DNA of 28,774 bases from a virus (IMGVR_UViG_3300025381_000082:1-28774), one strand, 5' to 3'; counted from the stretch's first letter, positions 1-7,817 are shown. Translations and numbers: made by a program. The notes: generated by a model not told the origin, from the letters alone.

Positions 1-558
1 CATCGATTCTCCTTTGCTATCGATATATCCTTGATAGCTACGAGAATAATTGGCTTTATTAATCCACGCATTACGATCTTTATCATTCTCTTCGAACCAT
101 TTCCTTGAACGACTTTGCGATTTCTTATAATCATTTATATTTTGATGATTTTCTTTATAGAATGGGCTGCTATTTCGACCATGAATTTTTTCTAATGCTG
201 CTGTTGCATTGATTCCATATGCTTTGCTGACAAATTCTATACTGTTTTTGTTTAGTTTCTTACTTTCACAATTGTTTTTTGCAAAACAAAGGAACTGCGC
301 AGTGTGTCTGCGTCTCACTCCAGTTGGTATGATACGACCGTTGTTCACATAATGATTTATACCGATAATATCATAATTAAAATCACCGCACCATGCACAT
401 CTTAATTCATGATGTTTTATATCCCATATCTTAAGATAACTGAATATTGATATATTTTTTCTTGTCAATGTTGCTCGTAACCGAATACTTCTATCATGTT
501 CAGTATTCTTTGATCGAAAACTGATATTCAATTTTTCACATGTAAATTCATATAACAT
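1..558 (-). CDS. Putative free-standing homing endonuclease, N-terminal part, runs off the window edge
   Basis: Not in the ORF track. Open frame from ATG at 558 to position 1 (MLYEFTCEKLNISF...RCAWCGD...NSIEFVSKAYG...SPFYKENH...KKSQSRS...SYQGYIDSKGE). It lies directly after a split-intein N-half and has a TAAATA promoter and an RBS-covering hairpin. The catalytic domain is not visible, so the family is inferred from context. Confidence 0.6.
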   Translation of the reverse strand, partial: MLYEFTCEKLNISFRSKNTEHDRSIRLRATLTRKNISIFSYLKIWDIKHHELRCAWCGDFNYDIIGINHYVNNGRIIPTGVRRRHTAQFLCFAKNNCESKKLNKNSIEFVSKAYGINATAALEKIHGRNSSPFYKENHQNINDYKKSQSRSRKWFEENDKDRNAWINKANYSRSYQGYIDSKGESM

Positions 559-567
559 GGTATTATA

Positions 568-607
568 TCGCCCTCTGTCATTATTGTTTATTTAGTATAG
601 AGGGTGA
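568..607 (-). promoter_or_regulatory. RBS-sequestering hairpin with a TAAATA late-promoter motif in its loop
   Basis: Minus strand TCACCCTCT-atacTAAATAaacaataatgac-AGAGGGCGA (8 of 9 pairs). The 3' arm contains GAGG upstream of ATG 558. Confidence 0.65.
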
Positions 608-610
608 CAA

Positions 611-1132
611 TTATGATAAATTATGCGCTATTAATAAATGAATTTCAGAATCTAGATATTTGGTAGGAATTTTTTCAATAATACCAGAAGAAATATTTAA
701 CACTGAAAATAAATGGTTTTCAGAAATTATACATGTTTGATTGATTATACCATTCGTAAATGATACAGATTTATTAAATTTTTCATCATCAAAGTCATCT
801 ACCCTTACAATTTCAAAAAACGAAGATTCCATGTTAATGATAGATGAGAGTAATTTATGTTGAGTTTTAACAATATCTTTGGCTTTCACCACTTCATACA
901 TATTATTTTCAACATTGAAAACAGGCATTTTGTGATCTGTGCTTATTTTTATAACTTTACCAGTTGATGTTGTTATCGACACACCATCAGTAATTTTTGC
1001 CTGCTTGTTACATATTGGTTTGATCGCGCCTGTGTGCGTTAAAACAAGATCTCCAAGATTTACGTCTTTTACTTTTTTATTGATAAATTCGCCATCTTCG
1101 AAAATTGCGATTTGTGTGTCTTCAGCTATGCA
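611..1132 (-). mobile_element. Split intein N-half (173 aa) inserted at the Toprim EGD|S site
   Basis: Block A CIAEDTQI directly after EGD, KDVNLGDLVLTH, block B KISTDHKMPV, KAKDI. No C-extein follows before the stop. Confidence 0.85.
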
Positions 1133-2428
1133 GTCTCCCTCACAGATTAAAAGTATACACTTGCTACGATCCTTGCCGTTGGCATCTAATAGCTTTGGAA
1201 CCTTATTTCGCATAAGCTTTCGATTTGCCTTAGCAATATCAGCGTCGTCCTTTTTTTGCGTTCGAGAAGCACATCTGGTGTAGATCGCATCTAACCAGAC
1301 TTTGTTATTACGTATTATGGTTTTAAATGTACTTTCATTTTCAAGACTAGTCTTAATGTAACGATCTACTTCGTCGTTAATCAATCGAGTTTTACTCTGG
1401 CTGTCAAAGTTTGGTGCATGCATTGTTGTTGTATTATAAATTAACAATCCTTCTGCAATATCGCTACGGTTGGGTGTTAATCCGCGGCGTTTGCTTTCTC
1501 TTTCCATCGCTTTCAGCATGCCGCCAAAAAATAATCGTTTAAAGGTATCAATATGCTGACCACCATTGAATGCTGGGATATCATTAACAGTACTGTGGAT
1601 GAACTCGCCCTCTGTTCCAAAATTTGGCACTAAGTAATATGTGCTGTTAAATTTCTCCTCTGCAATAGCGATAATAACGGGATCGCATTGTGCAAACATA
1701 GTTTTATCAACGCTTTTGCCAACGATAATTTTTTCATTATTAAAAGTAAAACGTATCTTTGGATGATTAGCTGCAACTTCGAATACTCTCGATTTAACAA
1801 ATGCTAATGGTATTTTAGCCTTAGGAAACACCGTAGCGCTAAGTGTGAACCTAACCTCAGTACCTGATTTCATTGAACTTGAAAATATACGTGGTTCACT
1901 TACATCAAGGTCTGGCATAAGATCAGTCCCTTCTCTAAATGTCTGCTGGAAACGCTTTCCGTCTCTGCGAATATCAATATGAAATTCTTTTGAACAACTG
2001 ACAACAACAGATGCTCCAATACCGTTAGTCCCTCGTACTTCTTCGCGATCGCCAAAATTTCTTCCAGCTCGTGCTTGTGTTAAGGCCATAGTAGCCTTGT
2101 GCATATTTTCATTTTCATCCCAATCAATTGGAATGCCGCGGCCATCGTCAGCTATACTAAATGACAAGGTCTTTGGATCGTATGTTACATCAATCTTACT
2201 GCCGTGGCCGTGACCAATAACTTCATCTAAACTATTGTCAAAAATCTCTCTGAATGCACAGTATGCTGCCGGTGTCCACGACACTTCTTGTGCAGCCAAT
2301 TGTTTGCCATCCCAATTTATTACGGTTTGTGTATGAAGATTTCTACTCCCAAGATACATTTCAGTTCTTAGACGATGATGTTGCACATCGGTAAGTTTAA
2401 TAATTTCATCGTTTTGTTTTTTAACCAT
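611..2428 (-). CDS. DNA topoisomerase II ATPase subunit (GyrB/T4 gp39-like), N-terminal fragment fused to a split-intein N-half
   Basis: GHKL motifs EIFDNSLDE, DDGRGIP and GTNGIGAS; FDSQSK; KLLDAN; Toprim start LICEGD, then intein sequence and a stop. Start placed at ATG 2428 (AGGA RBS) rather than 2515. Confidence 0.92.
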   Translation of the reverse strand: MVKKQNDEIIKLTDVQHHRLRTEMYLGSRNLHTQTVINWDGKQLAAQEVSWTPAAYCAFREIFDNSLDEVIGHGHGSKIDVTYDPKTLSFSIADDGRGIPIDWDENENMHKATMALTQARAGRNFGDREEVRGTNGIGASVVVSCSKEFHIDIRRDGKRFQQTFREGTDLMPDLDVSEPRIFSSSMKSGTEVRFTLSATVFPKAKIPLAFVKSRVFEVAANHPKIRFTFNNEKIIVGKSVDKTMFAQCDPVIIAIAEEKFNSTYYLVPNFGTEGEFIHSTVNDIPAFNGGQHIDTFKRLFFGGMLKAMERESKRRGLTPNRSDIAEGLLIYNTTTMHAPNFDSQSKTRLINDEVDRYIKTSLENESTFKTIIRNNKVWLDAIYTRCASRTQKKDDADIAKANRKLMRNKVPKLLDANGKDRSKCILLICEGDCIAEDTQIAIFEDGEFINKKVKDVNLGDLVLTHTGAIKPICNKQAKITDGVSITTSTGKVIKISTDHKMPVFNVENNMYEVVKAKDIVKTQHKLLSSIINMESSFFEIVRVDDFDDEKFNKSVSFTNGIINQTCIISENHLFSVLNISSGIIEKIPTKYLDSEIHLLIAHNLS

Positions 2429-2459
2429 TGGGATTCCTGAAAGTTCAGTGCAAGTAACA

Positions 2460-2487
2460 AGCATACGCAACTGTGTGTTGAAGTCAA
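2460..2487 (-). promoter_or_regulatory. Possible sigma70-type promoter for the topoisomerase gene
   Basis: TTGACT-16 nt-TATGCT, just downstream of a terminator and about 30 nt upstream of ATG 2428. Confidence 0.4.
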
Positions 2488-2493
2488 TCTCAT

Positions 2494-2523
2494 AAAAAGT
2501 GGAGGATGTTACCACCCTCCACT
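2494..2523 (-). terminator. Intrinsic terminator
   Basis: AGTGGAGG/CCTCCACT stem followed by a T run on the minus strand. Confidence 0.7.
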
Positions 2524-2676
2524 AAAATAGCATTTAAAATTATAATAACATTTATTCTATACCCAGAAGTTCTAACGTAATGATCGTTGACCCTGGTAAT
2601 TATTTACGATTTTTAGTATTAGTTTACCGTAAGTATTTATTATATTTGTATTTTACAGATTACGTTTACTAGTTCA

Positions 2677-2916
2677 TTAAGTTCGTTTACTGACAAAGTC
2701 ATTTAGTTTGTTTGCAAGTTCTGTAATATTGTTACCTGATGGTACAGCAGGGAGCGTGGGATAATCTACAACCGTTTGGTTGTACTCCTGTGCCATAGCA
2801 ATCTCTCGCTTCTGAAAGTAAACATTTTCCAGTGCGTGTCGCTGGCTATTCCAATCTTCCATGAGCAGGTCCTTGCTCATCTTTAATAGCTCTAGTCTAA
2901 TTTCGTATGCGTCCAT
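2677..2916 (-). CDS. Small phage hypothetical protein (79 aa)
   Basis: MDAYEIRLELLKM...LANKLNDFVS; strong AAGGAG RBS before ATG 2916, preceded by an AC-rich tract. Confidence 0.8.
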   Translation of the reverse strand: MDAYEIRLELLKMSKDLLMEDWNSQRHALENVYFQKREIAMAQEYNQTVVDYPTLPAVPSGNNITELANKLNDFVSKRT

Positions 2917-2944
2917 TTTTAGTCTCCTTGTGTGTTTGTGTGTA

Positions 2945-3018
2945 GTGGGCCCACTTCTGTTCCAAGGTAGGACCCGCACCCGCGGAAGCGGTGCTTATGC
3001 AGCCATTTCCATTACCAT
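2945..3018 (-). other. Probable orphaned 3' end of a tmRNA coding piece (tag end plus stem/pseudoknot)
   Basis: ATG GTA ATG GAA ATG GCT GCA TAA (…MEMAA*), then TTCCG…GGGTCCTAC-CTTGGAACAGAA-GTGGGCCC. This mirrors the intact tmRNA 3' end (…LAA* tagTTCCG…CTTGGCAACATAA…). Confidence 0.5.
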
Positions 3019-3108
3019 AAATATACGTGGTAATTTAGATAATTGCAATATCTAAAAACCCAGCTTGGAGTCTGGGCTGTCCCACAACTTATTTACTTGG
3101 AGTTTAGC

Positions 3109-3310
3109 ATGATTTCTCACAAAGTCTATCAACAAGATTATTTTGGATTTGTCTACATCTGGAGAGACTCTATCAGAAACAAATATTATATCGGTAGTCA
3201 TCTTGGCCTGATAACCAACAGCTATATCGGATCAAACAAATGGTTTAAGTCAGCTCTCGAAAGGTAAATCTAAAGGTTGGATGGTAATGTCAAAAAGAAA
3301 GGGCACCTAA
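3109..3310 (+). pseudogene. Internally deleted Seg-like GIY-YIG homing endonuclease
   Basis: GFVYIWRD…KYYIGSH…YIGS motif, stop at 3267 after about 52 aa. An out-of-frame GKSKGW… tail follows. GGAG RBS and a + strand TAAATA at 3018-3023. Confidence 0.75.
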
Positions 3311-3321
3311 ATGCCCTTTCT
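3292..3321 (-). terminator. Intrinsic terminator after the tmRNA
   Basis: AGAAAGGGCA/TGCCCTTTCT stem followed by a T run on the minus strand. Confidence 0.8.
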
Positions 3322-3608
3322 CTCATCTGTTATGTTGCCAAGTAGATGAAACTTCGGAACTATCATGCTGCTAGCAGCATATCTCCATATGCAACGTTGT
3401 CGTTGACATTTATGTTGTGTCTTGCGTTATAGAGGGTCTTTGAAGTTATCTCTTGATCCCAAAGGACTACACCTCTAACGGAGCTCGCGCCCGTAATACC
3501 TACTTCAACCCTTACTACCATCAGTCGATCCTATGTATGCCCCATTGGTGGAGCATTTGGGTACTGCCCCCAAGTCCTGCCTAGCCTATTTGATTGGTAT
3601 CAACAGCA
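3322..3608 (-). ncRNA. ssrA: Circularly permuted (two-piece) tmRNA; outer ends approximate
   Basis: Acceptor piece comes first: GGAC-TTGGG GGCAGTA CCCAA-ATGCTCC-ACCA, ending at 3546. A 2-nt spacer follows, then GGGGCAT…GGATCGAC from 3543. The acceptor stem has a G3-U70 pair. The tag frame 3407-3363 encodes VNDNVAYGDMLLAA*. Confidence 0.9.
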
Positions 3609-3642
3609 TCAAGTTTATTTATTGTTGATAATGAAACAGATG

Positions 3643-3840
3643 TCAAGCATAAGTTTCTGTTTTTTTACCGTGACTGCTGTGTTTTAATTTGTCATTGCCA
3701 TCAAATATTTTGAAATTGTCGCATTCATATGCACTTGCAAATCTAAGTGCATCTTCAAACGATTCAAATGAATGATCAATATATTTAAGTATACCTTTAA
3801 TCCAGTGATGTGTTCTTACTCTATGAAATTCTTCTACCAT
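3643..3840 (-). CDS. Hypothetical protein (65 aa)
   Basis: ORF with GGAG/AGGA RBS, co-oriented with neighbours. Confidence 0.7.
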   Translation of the reverse strand: MVEEFHRVRTHHWIKGILKYIDHSFESFEDALRFASAYECDNFKIFDGNDKLKHSSHGKKTETYA

Positions 3841-3854
3841 GTCCTATCTCCAAA

Positions 3855-4910
3855 TTATTTATCAGTAAAATAATCTAACCATATTTTGCGTGTTTGGTTA
3901 GTGTATGATGTTAACATTAATTGATTGGTTTTTACATTAATGTTTGGGAATCTCCAGGCACGTTTTAACTTGTTAACTATGTCGATACTTTCAACTGGGT
4001 TAGCACAGAACCAGTTAACTGCCCATGGTATTTCTCGACTTCCAACTATTGGAACACCTTGGCTAATATGATCGGCTGCAACTATATTAAAGGTTTCCGA
4101 TATACTGACCTGCATACCGATATCCATAGTAGCACAAATTTCTAAAAACTCGTCTCGAGGTGCCCATGTATGATTGATAAGTTGATGACCGTTGTCAGCA
4201 AGATGTTGAAACATTCCTTTTAGATTGTTAAGTATTGGTTCGCCCTTCATTTCTATACGACCTGCATTTACATGGAATTTTAATTTCCTGCCTATTGTTT
4301 CTGCAAATTGTACGGCACATAATGCTTGTAAAATATGGTTTTTCAGCGGTCGTATAGCACCAAAACAGGAGATATTAACATATTCGTCATCTGGGTTAAA
4401 TGTTTTTGTTTTATATTCTTGAGGATAAAAATTAGGCATGTATATTATTCGATCGTCTGCTTGTGCATTCGACCAACTGCGTAGATGTTGTAGATAAAAT
4501 CTAGTTTCATCCATCATTCTAGGCGCATTTACACCTATTATGATATTTGGAAATCTAGCATAATCGCCTATCCAGTCCATAGCAATACCTTCGCTTGCAA
4601 TAAACGGCATTTCACTATGTAATCTTATTATCCATTTTACATCTGGATGCAATTTAGTTAATACAACAAACTTCTCTGGCACTACCCATAGCGCTTCTAT
4701 AAAAACATGTGTTGGTTTAAATGCACGTACTTCTCGGTCTATGCAGTTGTTATCAATGGCAACAAACATTCGACTTTCAACACCTGCGTCTTGCAGCATT
4801 TGATCAATAAATTTAACGCTGTTGTAAAGTCCTGTGCTCAAACCAACATGCGAGTGCAACGTTTGATTGTAATCAGGTCGTCTTTTAAGAATGAACAGCA
4901 CTCTAGCCAT
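3855..4910 (-). CDS. Putative GT-B fold glycosyltransferase
   Basis: FGAIRPLKN and SISETFNIVAAD…GVPIVGS resemble the GT4-type E-x-F-x-x-x-x-x-E/D…G-x-P-V motif; GAGG RBS. Confidence 0.7.
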   Translation of the reverse strand: MARVLFILKRRPDYNQTLHSHVGLSTGLYNSVKFIDQMLQDAGVESRMFVAIDNNCIDREVRAFKPTHVFIEALWVVPEKFVVLTKLHPDVKWIIRLHSEMPFIASEGIAMDWIGDYARFPNIIIGVNAPRMMDETRFYLQHLRSWSNAQADDRIIYMPNFYPQEYKTKTFNPDDEYVNISCFGAIRPLKNHILQALCAVQFAETIGRKLKFHVNAGRIEMKGEPILNNLKGMFQHLADNGHQLINHTWAPRDEFLEICATMDIGMQVSISETFNIVAADHISQGVPIVGSREIPWAVNWFCANPVESIDIVNKLKRAWRFPNINVKTNQLMLTSYTNQTRKIWLDYFTDK

Positions 4911-4977
4911 AATAACCTCATATAGAAATATATTAGTATTTAACTTATTATTGAAGTTAATTTAGATGTAAGATTTG

Positions 4978-5014
4978 TTAAAAGATAGCTGGTTATTGGC
5001 CAGCTATCTTTTAA
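4978..5014. terminator. Probably bidirectional intrinsic terminator
   Basis: 15-bp inverted repeat TTAAAAGATAGCTGG/CCAGCTATCTTTTAA just after the stop at 5025. Confidence 0.75.
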
Positions 5015-5024
5015 GTTTTGGAGA

Positions 5025-5216
5025 TTACTGTGCTGTTTTTACAGGTGCAGCGGCCTTGGCAGCAGGTGCAGCGGCCTTGGCAGCAGGTGCAGCAGGTGCA
5101 GCGGCCTTGGCAGCAGGTGCACCTGCCACAGAGGTTTCTGCCATTGCTACTACTGGTACAGTTGCAGTAGCGATTAGAAACGTAAATCCAGTAATAACTG
5201 ATACAATCTTATTCAT
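5025..5216 (-). CDS. Small secreted Ala/Pro/Lys-rich peptide
   Basis: Signal-peptide-like MNKIVSVITGFTFLIATATVPVVAMA|E, then PAAKAAA repeats; GGAG RBS; own terminator. Confidence 0.7.
   Translation of the reverse strand: MNKIVSVITGFTFLIATATVPVVAMAETSVAGAPAAKAAAPAAPAAKAAAPAAKAAAPVKTAQ
5042..5121. repeat. 21-bp tandem coding repeat (3 full copies plus partials)
   Basis: CAGGTGCAGCGGCCTTGGCAG at 5042, 5063 and 5093. Confidence 0.95.
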
Positions 5217-5363
5217 TTTAAACTCCATGATAGGAAGGAACTATCTCCTTCGCAATATTATTAAGCGTATATATTATAGCAATAGTCAAGCTGAATTATG
5301 TTTTAATCGTGTATTCTAAGATTTAACATAATTTTTTTTGACATTCATAAAAAGATATTACAA

Positions 5364-5510
5364 TTAGCTAAGGTATATTTGAGCATACTTATATGCCAAA
5401 TCAACATCTATATAATCCACAGGATCGCCAGTAATTGTAAATGATTGACTTCCATAACTAGAAACTTTACAAAAGTTTCTAGTTGTTCCATACCAAAACG
5501 GCAGATGCAT
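5364..5510 (-). CDS. Possible 48-aa hypothetical protein
   Basis: ATG overlaps the upstream stop (TAATG); MHLPFWYGTTRNFCKVSSYGSQ…YAQIYLS*; below the ORF-track cutoff. Confidence 0.4.
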   Translation of the reverse strand: MHLPFWYGTTRNFCKVSSYGSQSFTITGDPVDYIDVDLAYKYAQIYLS

Positions 5511-5845
5511 TATGTAATTAAACCACTTCCTGTACCTGGCATGACAAGGCCTGTGGTTTGAGATACGTAACTTTTCGCCGCATCCTGGTTTGCTTTAACC
5601 ACAACTATAATATGCGATCGGTTAATTGGATAATTGGCAACTGGATCAGCGCCCATCATCCAAAACGGTGCCATTTGTACACCCGGTTGTCCTGTGCGCG
5701 GATCCTGGCTTAAAACCATTAGCAGCGGTTTTGTCACAATAATTTTACTTTCGTTTATTTCAGCCACCTTGGCAATTATTTCGTCGCCATTGCTTAATTT
5801 TATTGCTACAACATCAGTTACGTTAAACGTTTTTTCAATCAACAT
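5510..5845 (-). CDS. Phage hypothetical protein, Sm-like fold suspected
   Basis: VVAIKLSNGDEIIAKV…KPL…MAPF…Y…TTGL pattern; AGGAG RBS. Confidence 0.75.
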   Translation of the reverse strand: MLIEKTFNVTDVVAIKLSNGDEIIAKVAEINESKIIVTKPLLMVLSQDPRTGQPGVQMAPFWMMGADPVANYPINRSHIIVVVKANQDAAKSYVSQTTGLVMPGTGSGLIT

Positions 5846-5923
5846 TTGTATTCTCCTACTGAGAGTAGTTTAGTGCATGTTCAGTATGGTTGCAATATTA
5901 ATAAGATCATAAACAAACGTTTG

Positions 5924-6823
5924 CTATTTTGGTATATTGAAGTTATTACTCTTAATTCCGTGCTGTTTCAATATACCTGTATTGTCAAGGTTTGATGGGA
6001 CAGCCCACCCTCTACGTACTGCAAATACCTTTTCTTCACTCCAATATGTTGCACATACTATGTCTCCTTGATTGCCACCCAGCAGAATCATTCTATTATC
6101 CGGAGCTAGGCCCCATAGAAAAGTCGCATGAGACTTAGATAGAGAGGCACCCTTAAATTGTGGTACAACCATAATATCACCTTGTCTCCATGCAAGTTTA
6201 TCACCTGGATCGATAGCTTGTTTGTAATGTATATAAGCATTGCCAACAGGATTCACTTTATCTCCATTTTTATAATCTAGATTCGCTAATTTCAACATGT
6301 ATGCCTGAAACGTAGCGCACCAGGCAGTATGTCCATCGCTGTTTCTTACTACTGATGCAGACTGACCTGTTGAGTCTAGCATGGCTTTGATATTTGGTGC
6401 AGTTGGGTTGCTCGGCCAGGCATTGTGAAACATACCTTCAGATGCCGCCCGTTTGAGATTTGATAGTAGTACCGTAAGTCCGCCTTGTCCTACCGTAGCA
6501 GGATCAGATACCCAGGATGTAGACTCTGTTTGTGGACCAGTAACCTGGCCAGGCGCCGCGGACGGGTCTGGTACTTGACCTACACTTGTGGTTACTACCG
6601 TACCGTCGGGTCGTACTGTCGTCTGTGGTCCTGCCGTCGCAGAAATTACTGATTGTTGTTGCGCTGTTAATACATAAGGAGGATCTGGTATATTTGGAAT
6701 AGATGTTATTGGACTTAATTGTGGCACTGCAGGCTGCCATAGCGCAGCCTGCACTTGATTAATGTAAACGCTCGGACTGTACCAAACATCTTGTCCGCTA
6801 TAGCTGGGTGGGTTTAAAGGCAT
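5924..6823 (-). CDS. Virion-associated peptidoglycan hydrolase candidate (CHAP/NlpC-like, TIGR02594-type C-terminal domain)
   Basis: AWCATF, GDIMV, SHATF and LLGGNQGD motifs; Pro/Thr-rich N-terminal linker; TAAATA at 6842-6847; GGAGG RBS. Confidence 0.7.
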   Translation of the reverse strand: MPLNPPSYSGQDVWYSPSVYINQVQAALWQPAVPQLSPITSIPNIPDPPYVLTAQQQSVISATAGPQTTVRPDGTVVTTSVGQVPDPSAAPGQVTGPQTESTSWVSDPATVGQGGLTVLLSNLKRAASEGMFHNAWPSNPTAPNIKAMLDSTGQSASVVRNSDGHTAWCATFQAYMLKLANLDYKNGDKVNPVGNAYIHYKQAIDPGDKLAWRQGDIMVVPQFKGASLSKSHATFLWGLAPDNRMILLGGNQGDIVCATYWSEEKVFAVRRGWAVPSNLDNTGILKQHGIKSNNFNIPK

Positions 6824-6851
6824 ATAATGTTTCCTCCCAGATATTTAGTGG

Positions 6852-7115
6852 TTAAATATTATCAAAATACTTTACAAGCTCGATATACCCACCAATATAT
6901 TGGTTGTCTATCCAGATTTGCGGAACTGTTTTGGCAGTTGGAAGCCGTTCGATCAACTGGGATTTTGTTACATATGTCTGATGAGGTAACGGTGTACCTT
7001 CGTTAAAACCGGGACTTACTATAAATTCTTTATAAGATATGCCGTTATCTTTGAGTAATATCTTAGCTTTTGTACAATACTGACAATTGTTTTTTGTGTA
7101 TACTTCTGCTTGCAT
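6852..7115 (-). CDS. nrdC: Glutaredoxin
   Basis: YTKNNCQYC, TVPQIWID, YIGGY. Confidence 0.92.
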   Translation of the reverse strand: MQAEVYTKNNCQYCTKAKILLKDNGISYKEFIVSPGFNEGTPLPHQTYVTKSQLIERLPTAKTVPQIWIDNQYIGGYIELVKYFDNI

Positions 7116-7124
7116 GGTATATTC

Positions 7125-7817
7125 CTAGATTACGTCTAAATGTTTTTTATGTACCAGAGTACCGTTTGCCAACGAATCAATCCATACACTATCCGCCGGC
7201 GGTACAAGACCAGCCTGCTGGTAATGCCATGCCCATCGGGAATGATAGTTTACAGTTGGCTCAGAACAATGTACTCGTTTACAATTACTGTTTATAATAC
7301 TACTCCAGAATTGTCTATCACTCCACAACTTAAAACTAGGGTTGGTCACCCAGTGTGTCATTAAATGTATGGTAGATTTTTTTAGAAATAAACAATTTGT
7401 ATCACAAAATAAGTTGCCATCGCTTTCTATAACATCTGTATATAGAAAGTTACCCTGTGTGCTACAAATATTTCTTGTTGCAGATACAACATCATTTTGT
7501 CCTATAGTTGACACCATAGTTTCTAAATGATTTAACTGATAAGTGTTATCGGCATCTAAGAACGATACTGCATCGTAGCCTCTGCTAAATGCAGATATAG
7601 CTGCAATGGCTCGAGGGGTTGCTCCGGCATCGTCGTGTGCTTGTGGCAAAATTATATGTTCATTGTCTAACCATTTATTGATCATTGGATGAGGATTGCC
7701 ATCAGCCACCATAACATGTACAAAATTGGTATATGTTTGATTTAGTACAGATTTGTGACACCGTGTTAATATACCTGCGTCTTCATTGCGGTACGGAGTT
7801 ATAACTGCTATTTTCAT
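7125..7817 (-). CDS. Glycosyltransferase family 2
   Basis: IAVITPYRNE, SVLNQTY, VADG and FLDAD (DxD); start overlaps the nrdB stop. Confidence 0.85.
   Translation of the reverse strand: MKIAVITPYRNEDAGILTRCHKSVLNQTYTNFVHVMVADGNPHPMINKWLDNEHIILPQAHDDAGATPRAIAAISAFSRGYDAVSFLDADNTYQLNHLETMVSTIGQNDVVSATRNICSTQGNFLYTDVIESDGNLFCDTNCLFLKKSTIHLMTHWVTNPSFKLWSDRQFWSSIINSNCKRVHCSEPTVNYHSRWAWHYQQAGLVPPADSVWIDSLANGTLVHKKHLDVI

Noticed and set aside
611-628. HN near the end of the topoisomerase ORF read as the terminus of a complete mini-intein
   Set aside because: It is followed by Leu-Ser-stop, with no block F and no Toprim continuation nearby; the His aligns with the duplicated block-B segment instead.
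3540-3580. Stand-alone tRNA gene
   Set aside because: The T-arm and CCA precede the 5' acceptor strand and there is no anticodon arm; this is the permuted tmRNA.
5042-5121. CRISPR-like array
   Set aside because: Tandem in-frame coding repeats without unique spacers; the same applies to 28418-28477.
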